A stretch of DNA of 42,965 nucleotides. It comes from Elusimicrobiota bacterium. Lineage in GTDB: Bacteria > Elusimicrobiota > Elusimicrobia > UBA1565 > UBA9628. The notes below the pieces were generated by a model. It saw only the letters and a list, made by a program, of their open reading frames with translations, did not search any database and was not told the DNA's origin. Below are positions 17,109 to 24,406 of the stretch, one piece after another. The number at the start of each line of letters is the position of its first letter. The stretch's first letter is position 1. Where the stretch lies: assembly GCA_038060535.1 (NCBI GenBank), contig JBBTHA010000037.1:1-42965 (forward strand), given 5' to 3'. A program made the position numbers and the translations under genes.

Positions 17109-17774
17109 GTGAGGTGCCTGCTATTCGATTATGGAGGGACGCTCGATGCCGATGGGACCACTTGGCTTGAGCGCTTCCACCACCTTTATAAGGAAAATGG
17201 CCTAGACGTTCCCCGGAGCCAGTTTGACCGCGCATTTTACGACTGTGACGACCGGTTGAGCGCTCGTCATCGACTCCAGGGTCTCGATCTTGAACACACG
17301 CTGCGACTGCAGGTCAAGGATGTTCTCGAAACCCTTGGCGCCGACAGATCCGACCTTGTCGACCCCATCGCGGGACGCTTCGCCGCGGATAGCCGCCGGC
17401 AATTTTCCCGACTAAGACCGACTCTGGAGCGCCTGAGACAACGATTTTGTCTTGGGGTCGTCTCTAATTTTTATGGAAATCTTGAGGGAATCCTCAAAGC
17501 CGAGGGCTTGCTCGGACTTTTCACAGTTGTCGCGGATTCCGGCGTTCTCGGCATAACAAAACCGGATCCGAGAATATTCCTCCACGCGACCAAAGCCGTC
17601 GGCGTCGAACCGCGAGACTGCGTGATGGTCGGCGACTCGGTCGCGCGCGATATGGCGGGGGCGACGGCCGTCGGCATGAAAAAAGCGCTGATCACGGCCC
17701 GCCCGCAAGCGGCTCGCGGGGACAACGACTGGACTCTACGCTCGGTGGCCGATCTTGAGGGGGTTCTGCCATGA
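17109..17774 (+). CDS. HAD-superfamily hydrolase (putative phosphatase)
   Basis: FDYGGTL motif I, VVSN motif II, KPDPRIF, and MVGDS..RDM.GA motif IV. Confidence 0.88.
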   Translation: MRCLLFDYGGTLDADGTTWLERFHHLYKENGLDVPRSQFDRAFYDCDDRLSARHRLQGLDLEHTLRLQVKDVLETLGADRSDLVDPIAGRFAADSRRQFSRLRPTLERLRQRFCLGVVSNFYGNLEGILKAEGLLGLFTVVADSGVLGITKPDPRIFLHATKAVGVEPRDCVMVGDSVARDMAGATAVGMKKALITARPQAARGDNDWTLRSVADLEGVLP

Positions 17775-18472
17775 TCGCCGGAATTATCGCCGCGGGTCAC
17801 GGATCTCGAATGGCTGAAAAGCACCCGCGGACCGTCAAGCCCCTCATTCCGGTCGCCGGCCGGCCCTTGGCGCATTGGGTTGTCGGCTCCCTTGACGCGG
17901 CTGGGATGCAATCCTTGACCCTTTTGACCAACAGCCGCGGCACGGCGGTCCCCGCCAGCTTGGCTCGATCTTTTCCAAATCTACGGTTTGATTTTCTCTG
18001 CGCCGACACCGCCTCCTCGTTCGAGAGTTTCCGTCTGGTTGCCAAGAATCTCGCTCAAAAAGACGACTCCTTTCTCATCAGCACCGTCGACGCTCTGATC
18101 GCGGCCGAGGATATCAAGCGCTTTTGGAACGAGTGCCGAGCGCGGAACGCGCAGGCCGGCTTGGCCTTGACGCGCTTTGTCGATGACGAGAAGCCTCTTT
18201 GGGCGGATCGCGATGAGACGGGCTTTATCACGGCCGTTGGCGACCTGTCGCGAACGCGCCTGACGGTTACGTGCGGACTTTATTTTATGACCCGCGCCGC
18301 GGCGGAGCGCCTTCCAGCCGCGCAAACCCACGGACGTTTGCGGGACTTCTGGGCCGACTTGGTCGCGACACGCGCCCGCGTTTTCGGGGTCGAGCTGTCA
18401 AGAACCCTGGATGTAGACCGGCCCCAAGACCTCGCGACGGCGGAAGAATTCCTGACGACGGGGAGGATGTGA
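17771..18472 (+). CDS. Nucleotidyltransferase (NTP_transferase; IPCT-like sugar/inositol-phosphate cytidylyltransferase candidate)
   Basis: IIAAGHGSRM, KPLIPVAGRPL, ISTVD, and DVDRPQDL. ATGA overlap with the HAD gene. Confidence 0.82.
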   Translation: MIAGIIAAGHGSRMAEKHPRTVKPLIPVAGRPLAHWVVGSLDAAGMQSLTLLTNSRGTAVPASLARSFPNLRFDFLCADTASSFESFRLVAKNLAQKDDSFLISTVDALIAAEDIKRFWNECRARNAQAGLALTRFVDDEKPLWADRDETGFITAVGDLSRTRLTVTCGLYFMTRAAAERLPAAQTHGRLRDFWADLVATRARVFGVELSRTLDVDRPQDLATAEEFLTTGRM

Positions 18473-18473
18473 T

Positions 18474-19316
18474 ATGAGGGCTCTCGGCATACTGCGGGAA
18501 CTCCAGAATTCGCCCAACCGCGAATCTGATGATGCGTTGATTCTCAAATCCGTGATGAGCCAACTCTCGATCCTCAAAACGGAATGCACCGTATTGACGC
18601 CCGAGGAGTTCGATCGAATCGACCCGACCGGATACGATCTGATCGTGCCGATGTGTGAAACCTACCCTCGTCTCATGCGCCTTAAATCAATCGAGACCGC
18701 GACGGGCGTGGTCGTGGTCAATCCTGCGGACTCGGTGCTTGGCTGCTACCGCACCCGGATGCTCGATTCCTTTTCTAATACCCCTGGACTCCGCTATCCG
18801 GGGACGGAAGTCCGCCGCATCTCCGCCGCCGTCAATGATGAGCCCCCCGACTTTTCCGCCCCTGGAGGATGGTGGCTTAAGCGCGGAGACGTCCATAACA
18901 CGTGCTCCCACGACGTCGTCTTCGCCCGGAACTGGGGCGAGGCCCAAACCATCCGGCGAGAGTTCGAAAGCCGCGAGATCACCGACCTCATCGTTCAAAG
19001 CCACGTGGACGGCGATCTCATCAAGTTTTACGGGGTCGGTCCGGGCCAATGGTTCACCTGGTTTTATCACGATCCTTCCACTGCTCGACGCCTTCCCTTT
19101 GAACTCGAAGACCTCGCCGCCCAGGCCGAGCTCGCGGCTAAGGCCGTTAAAATCGAGGTTTTTGGAGGAGACGCCATCATCACGCATGATGGGGGGATTT
19201 TCATCATCGACATAAATTCTTGGCCGAGCTTCGCGCGCGTGCGCGACGAAGCCTCGGTACAAATCGCACGGCGCCTTCGCCTTCGCCTTCGCCAGGTCGC
19301 GGGAAGAAGAGGATAA
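18474..19316 (+). CDS. ATP-grasp-fold protein (ITPK1/RimK-like C-terminal motifs)
   Basis: WLKRG, IVQSHVDGDLIKFYGVG, and VFGGDAII...IIDINSWPSF. Confidence 0.7.
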   Translation: MRALGILRELQNSPNRESDDALILKSVMSQLSILKTECTVLTPEEFDRIDPTGYDLIVPMCETYPRLMRLKSIETATGVVVVNPADSVLGCYRTRMLDSFSNTPGLRYPGTEVRRISAAVNDEPPDFSAPGGWWLKRGDVHNTCSHDVVFARNWGEAQTIRREFESREITDLIVQSHVDGDLIKFYGVGPGQWFTWFYHDPSTARRLPFELEDLAAQAELAAKAVKIEVFGGDAIITHDGGIFIIDINSWPSFARVRDEASVQIARRLRLRLRQVAGRRG

Positions 19317-19321
19317 AGAAT

Positions 19322-20665
19322 ATGACGCCTCAAACTCTGAAAGAAGCCACCTATCGCTCGGGTCCTAAATCGACCTCTTTGTTCACAGAAGAACAGGCGT
19401 TCATCGCCCCCGGTCTTCAAACAATCGCCTTGTACGCCCAGATCGCCGTTGACGGCGGAAACGGCGCGACGCTGCGCGACGTCGATGGTAATAGTTACCT
19501 GGACCTTGTCGCCGGTATCGGCGTCGCCTCGCTCGGCTATGGCCATCCGGACTGGGCCCGGGCGATCGCCGACCAGGCGGCGAAGACCGCCGTAGGCTCC
19601 TTCACGTCGCCGCACCGTTTAAACTTCCTTAAGTCTCTGGCCAAAATCACTCCTCGCGGTTTGACGCGCTGTCAGCTCTACTCCTCGGGCGCGGAGGCCG
19701 TTGAGGCCGCGCTGCGCCTGGCTAAATCCAAGACCGGGCACTTCGAGGTGATCGGCTTCTGGGGCGGCTTCCACGGCAAAACGATGGGGGTCATGGGATT
19801 GCTGAACGACGGGTTTAAAAATTCATATGGAGCGATGGCGCCCGGTTTGCACCTATCACCTTATCCCGACACCCGCAAATGCCCCTTCGGAACCCTTCAA
19901 GAGCACGATTGCGCGGCGCATTGCCTTGATTTCCTGCGCGAGATGATCAAGCGCGAGACGACCGGCAGGATCGCCGCCGTCATCCTGGAGCCCATTCAAG
20001 GAACCAACGGGAACGTCGTGCCCCCTCCCGGTTTCTTCAAGGGCGTGCGAGACATCGCCCGTGACGCCGGCGCTTTGTTCATCTCGGACGAAATGATTAC
20101 CGGTTTCGGCCGGACCGGCAAGATGTTCGGCTGCGATCATGAGGGGGTGACCCCCGACATCATGACTATCGGCAAGGGCTTCGGAGGGGGGTTCCCCGTC
20201 TCCGGCGTCGTCACCACCGATGAGACGGCCTCGGCGAAACCGTGGTCCAACCCCTCAGGATCCTCATCGAGTTACGGGGGAAACCCCCTGGCCTCCGCGG
20301 CCTGCGACGCGACTTTGCAGGCCATCCTGAAAGACCGACTCGTCGAAAATTCAGCCAAGGTCGGGGACCTCATGCTCAAGAACCTGGAGAAGATCAAGGC
20401 CAAGAGTCCCATGATCGGCTCCGTGCGCGGCCGCGGCCTTATGATCGGGGTGGATTTGGTCAACCCTAAGACTGGCGAACCCCTTGATAAGGCGATTTGC
20501 CGCGATCTCTTCGAAGAGGGCCTCCGGCGCGGGGTGTTGACGATGGCTTACAACCCCTCTCTGCGCATCAATCCGCCGCTCGTGATCACGGAAACCGAGG
20601 CGTTGAAGGCCCTGGCCCTCCTTGAGGAGGCGCTTGAAACCGTGCGCCGACGGCACGCTCTCTAA
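19322..20665 (+). CDS. Class III PLP-dependent aminotransferase
   Basis: DVDGNSYLD, SGAEAVEAA, FHGKT, EPIQG, DEMITGFGRTG, and DIMTIGKG (PLP Lys). Start moved to ATG 19322 after an aggat RBS. Confidence 0.92.
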   Translation: MTPQTLKEATYRSGPKSTSLFTEEQAFIAPGLQTIALYAQIAVDGGNGATLRDVDGNSYLDLVAGIGVASLGYGHPDWARAIADQAAKTAVGSFTSPHRLNFLKSLAKITPRGLTRCQLYSSGAEAVEAALRLAKSKTGHFEVIGFWGGFHGKTMGVMGLLNDGFKNSYGAMAPGLHLSPYPDTRKCPFGTLQEHDCAAHCLDFLREMIKRETTGRIAAVILEPIQGTNGNVVPPPGFFKGVRDIARDAGALFISDEMITGFGRTGKMFGCDHEGVTPDIMTIGKGFGGGFPVSGVVTTDETASAKPWSNPSGSSSSYGGNPLASAACDATLQAILKDRLVENSAKVGDLMLKNLEKIKAKSPMIGSVRGRGLMIGVDLVNPKTGEPLDKAICRDLFEEGLRRGVLTMAYNPSLRINPPLVITETEALKALALLEEALETVRRRHAL

Positions 20666-20667
20666 GA

Positions 20668-21663
20668 ATGATCCGCCGCGTCGCCCTCGTCGGTTTCGGC
20701 GCCGTCGCTGAGGGAGCCCATTTGGCCGCTCTCCGCTCGCTCAACGTCAACGTCGAGGCCGTCTACGAACCCGCGCCCGAACGAAGGGACGCGGCCCGCC
20801 GACGCATCCCTCAAGCCAACGTATACCACAGTTTGGATTCACTGTTGGAGACGGAAATATCATTGGATGCTCTCATCGTCTGCTCCCCGCCGCGCTACCA
20901 CGCCGACGCCGTCCTGTCCGGAATTCGAGCGGGCCTTCACGTCCTCTGCGAAAAACCCCTGACCTTGAGCTCCGGAGCCTTCGAAGACATCCGTCGGGAA
21001 TCCGAATCCCGCGATCGCTGCGTTTACGCCATCAACAACTGGGCCTATTCCCCGCAGTGGTCCAAATTACTCCAAGTCGCGGCCCGCGGCATCCTCGGGG
21101 AGATCCGTCACGCTGAAATTCGCGTTCTCAGAACCCGGCCCTCCGCGTCCTGTCTTCCGGGCGATTGGCGCAAAGACCCCGCTATCTCCGGCGGAGGAAT
21201 TCTCGTCGACCACGGCTGGCACAACCTCTATCTGCTGCGGCGTCTGCTGGGGCCCCGTCTTGAACTCTCCTCGGCCGTTCTCCATCCCGAGGACGCCGTG
21301 GATGAAACCGCGACCCTCACATTTCAAGCCCCCGCCGCCGAAGCCTCCATTCACATGTCCTGGCGGGCCGCCGAACGCTCAAATTGGACCCTTGTCAATG
21401 GTGAAAAGGCGACGGCCGAGCTCAAAGACGACTCCCTGTGCGTCAAAGGCCCCGGCCTTGATCAACTGTTTCACTTTCCCGAGAAGCTCTCCGCGGGCTC
21501 AGCCCACCCCGATTGGCTGACCGCGATGTGGCCGTCATTCGAAAGCGAGTGTTCCGGACGCGAACGCGGCGAAAATCTGGCTGAGGCGGCCTTTTGCCTT
21601 GCGACAATCGGCGCCGCCTACGAACGCGCGCGCGACAAAGATGGAGTGACTCGTGGTCAATGA
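20668..21663 (+). CDS. Gfo/Idh/MocA family NAD(P)-dependent oxidoreductase (inositol-dehydrogenase-like)
   Basis: VGFGAVAE Rossmann motif, HVLCEKP, and GGGILVDHGWH. Confidence 0.88.
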   Translation: MIRRVALVGFGAVAEGAHLAALRSLNVNVEAVYEPAPERRDAARRRIPQANVYHSLDSLLETEISLDALIVCSPPRYHADAVLSGIRAGLHVLCEKPLTLSSGAFEDIRRESESRDRCVYAINNWAYSPQWSKLLQVAARGILGEIRHAEIRVLRTRPSASCLPGDWRKDPAISGGGILVDHGWHNLYLLRRLLGPRLELSSAVLHPEDAVDETATLTFQAPAAEASIHMSWRAAERSNWTLVNGEKATAELKDDSLCVKGPGLDQLFHFPEKLSAGSAHPDWLTAMWPSFESECSGRERGENLAEAAFCLATIGAAYERARDKDGVTRGQ

Positions 21664-22846
21664 CCCCCCCGCCTTCGAGCGCGTAATTCTTTGGGTGCCG
21701 CACCCCAAGCTCCTCTGGGTTCGTATCGGCGGCATGACCGTGCTCGAGCGCCATCTCTTCACCATCGCCCGAGCCGGTCTCAAACAGGTTCAGATCGCGG
21801 ATCATGAGCCGGCAGCCGAACGGCTTGCGCGCCTGCGCCTCCCGGCGAGATTGGAGATCACCTGGGTGAAGCGAGACGCGACGTCAACAGCCTCCTGCGC
21901 GGCGCCTTACCTCAGCTTGTCCGGCGACCACTTTCTTCGAGTCGACGCTCTCGCCTTCATCGCCCGAGAGACGCTCACATCCTCGCGATGCTATGAAGAC
22001 GACTCCAAACTCAGCGTCATCACCGTCGTGATGAAGGACGAGGACGTTTTGATCCGGGACAAACACCCTCTGCCCCGGCGCTCCTACAAACGTCTCGAAT
22101 GGCCTCATCAACATGCGGCGATCATCGACTGGATCATGGCTTCGGGACCCAAGAAGCAGGACGGCTTCATGGCTCGGCATTTCGACCGTCACCTCTCCCT
22201 GGCGGCCAGCCGCAAGCTGCTCGAAACATCGGTCACGCCCAATCAAATGACCGTTTTCAGCACCCTTCTAGGCCTATTAGGTTGCTCTTTTTTTCTCGGC
22301 GACGACCGCCTCCACTACGCCATCGGCTCCCTCCTCGTTCTGTCGCACTCCATCCTCGACGGCTGCGACGGCGAATTGGCTCGAGTGCGCTTCCAAGAAA
22401 GCGACTTCGGCTCCGATCTTGACTTCTGGGGGGACAACATCGTCCATCTGGCCCTCTTTTCCTGCCTTGGAATCGGTTTTTGGCGGACGGGAAACGGTCC
22501 CCACACCCTCGTTCTCAGCGCGCTGGCCGACATAGGCGTCTTGGCTTCGGCCCTGGCCGCCTGGCACCATCGTCGATCGGGCCGTCAAGCCAGCGTGGTC
22601 GCTCCCGAAGCCGGCGTGGTCCAAGAGACTTCAAGAAATCTCCTCGACTCCCGGCTTGCTCGTCTGGGGAATTTGCTCGCGCAAAGAGACTTCATATACC
22701 TTCTGGTCGTTCTTTCTTTCGTAGACATGGTCTATGAGTTTCTGTGGGCGGCGGCCATCGGCGGACTTCTTTATTTTGCGATCATATTGCATCTCAGGAG
22801 AGTCAATGAACATGAACAAGCACGACAGCCGCATCCCGCCCGCTAA
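21653..22846 (+). CDS. CDP-alcohol phosphotransferase (DIPPS/PIP-synthase-like) with degenerate N-terminal NTP-transferase-like domain
   Basis: VTPNQMT, LDGCDGELAR...SDFGSDLDFWGD signature, and TM helices. N-terminus 'PKLLWVRIGGMTVLERHL..AGL'. Confidence 0.85.
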   Translation: MVNDPPAFERVILWVPHPKLLWVRIGGMTVLERHLFTIARAGLKQVQIADHEPAAERLARLRLPARLEITWVKRDATSTASCAAPYLSLSGDHFLRVDALAFIARETLTSSRCYEDDSKLSVITVVMKDEDVLIRDKHPLPRRSYKRLEWPHQHAAIIDWIMASGPKKQDGFMARHFDRHLSLAASRKLLETSVTPNQMTVFSTLLGLLGCSFFLGDDRLHYAIGSLLVLSHSILDGCDGELARVRFQESDFGSDLDFWGDNIVHLALFSCLGIGFWRTGNGPHTLVLSALADIGVLASALAAWHHRRSGRQASVVAPEAGVVQETSRNLLDSRLARLGNLLAQRDFIYLLVVLSFVDMVYEFLWAAAIGGLLYFAIILHLRRVNEHEQARQPHPAR

Positions 22847-24206
22847 TGGAAAACTCGCCGTACTCCTTCCCGGAATGGGAGCGGTCACCAGCACGTTCAT
22901 CGCGGGCGTAGAACTCATCAAAAAGGGCCTCGGCAAGCCGGTCGGGTCGATCACCCAGATGCAGGCCATTCGCTTGGGCAAGCGTTACGAGAACCGCTCG
23001 CCCCTCATAAAGGATTTCGTGCCCTTGGCGAGTCTCGATCAGTTGGTATTCGGCGGTTGGGACCTGTTCACCGACGACATGTTCGTCGCCGCAACCAAGG
23101 CCGGCGTCCTGGACGCAGCCACGTTGACCCCGGTGGCCAAGGAACTCGCGGCCATCAAACCCATGTCGCCGGTCTATGATCCGGCCTACGTCAAGAATCT
23201 CAAAGCCGCCGCGCCCAAAAAAGGGAAAACGAAGTGGGACCTCGCCCAACAGGTTATCGCCGACATCGAATCCTTCAAAAAGAAGCATGGCTGTGAACGG
23301 GCGGTGATGCTGTGGTGCGGCTCGACGGAAGTTTTGCCGCCCAACGCGCAATGCCATGAGGATGCCGAATCCTTCGAGCGCGGCCTCAAGAACAACGACC
23401 CCGCGATCCCCCCCTCCATGATTTACGCCTACGCCGCGATTATGACCAAGACCGCCTACGGGAACGGCGCGCCCAACTTGTCGGCCGATACGCCCGCCAT
23501 GGTCGAGCTCTCCGAGGCCTTCGGCGTCCCTGTGTGCGGAAAGGACTTCAAGACCGGCCAAACGCTGATGAAGACCACGATCGCGCCCATGCTCAAGGCG
23601 CGGATGCTGGCCTTAACCGGCTGGTACTCGACCAACATCCTGGGCAATCGGGATGGGGAAGTCCTTGACGACCCCGGCTCTTTCAAGACCAAGGAAAAAA
23701 GCAAGATGTCCGTGCTCGATACCATCCTGGAGCCAGGGCTCTATCCCGATCTTTACGGGTCATTTCACCACAAGGTTCGCATCGACTACTATCCCCCTCG
23801 CGGAGACGCCAAAGAAGGCTGGGATAACATCGACATCCGCGGCTGGCTGGACATGCCCATGCAGGTCAAGATCAACTTCCTATGCCGGGACTCGATCCTT
23901 GCGGCACCTATCGTCCTCGACTTGGTGTTGTTTCTCGACCTCGCCCAGCGCGTCGGCCTCAAAGGCATTCAAGAATGGCTGTCCTTTTTCTTCAAATCCC
24001 CCCAATGCCGCGCAGACTTAAAACCCGAACATGACCTATTCATCCAACATCTCAAGTTGAAAAACACGCTGCGCATCCTGATGGGGGAGGAGGTCCTTGA
24101 CCACTCGGGTTTGGATTATTACGACGCCAAAAAAGGCGTTGTCGTTCCCTCCTCTGCGCCGAAACCGGCGGCAAAAAGAGGGAAGCTGACCAAAGCAGGA
24201 CGCTGA
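22806..24206 (+). CDS. ino1: myo-Inositol-1-phosphate synthase
   Basis: GMGAV, FGGWD, MLWCGSTE, NGAP, GKDFKTGQT, STNILGNRDG, and CRDSILAAP. An aggag RBS precedes ATG 22806 (22812 is an alternative start). Confidence 0.93.
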   Translation: MNMNKHDSRIPPANGKLAVLLPGMGAVTSTFIAGVELIKKGLGKPVGSITQMQAIRLGKRYENRSPLIKDFVPLASLDQLVFGGWDLFTDDMFVAATKAGVLDAATLTPVAKELAAIKPMSPVYDPAYVKNLKAAAPKKGKTKWDLAQQVIADIESFKKKHGCERAVMLWCGSTEVLPPNAQCHEDAESFERGLKNNDPAIPPSMIYAYAAIMTKTAYGNGAPNLSADTPAMVELSEAFGVPVCGKDFKTGQTLMKTTIAPMLKARMLALTGWYSTNILGNRDGEVLDDPGSFKTKEKSKMSVLDTILEPGLYPDLYGSFHHKVRIDYYPPRGDAKEGWDNIDIRGWLDMPMQVKINFLCRDSILAAPIVLDLVLFLDLAQRVGLKGIQEWLSFFFKSPQCRADLKPEHDLFIQHLKLKNTLRILMGEEVLDHSGLDYYDAKKGVVVPSSAPKPAAKRGKLTKAGR

Positions 24207-24238
24207 CGTAGACCCCGGGGGCCATTAAATTAATTAAA

Positions 24239-24260
24239 TAACGTATACGTTAATTGTCAA
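24239..24260. promoter_or_regulatory. AT-rich 14-bp perfect palindrome next to a minus-strand TTGACA (operator-like)
   Basis: taacgtatacgtta at 24239-24252 and tgtcaa at 24255-24260, in an AT-rich patch between ino1 and bamA. Confidence 0.5.
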
Positions 24261-24406
24261 CTCTTGTGCGTCCAGGAGGACGCACGACGACAAACGCCGC
24301 CCGGTCATGATGACGTTCTGTTATTAAGGAAAGGTCTTTCCGTTTTCAGTAGAGGACGCTCTTTTCATCGCGGAGTCAGAATCGATTTTGTATACTGTGA
24401 TTTCCG

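Noticed and set aside
19272-19293. (cgcctt)n tandem repeat at the end of the ATP-grasp gene
   Set aside because: The 6-nt unit encodes RLRLRLR. It is short and frame-preserving, so there is no evidence of phase variation.
19322-20665. Aminotransferase as the missing GnnB or as argD/gabT
   Set aside because: It is class III, not DegT family, and is embedded in the inositol operon. A housekeeping symbol is not supportable without a phylogeny.
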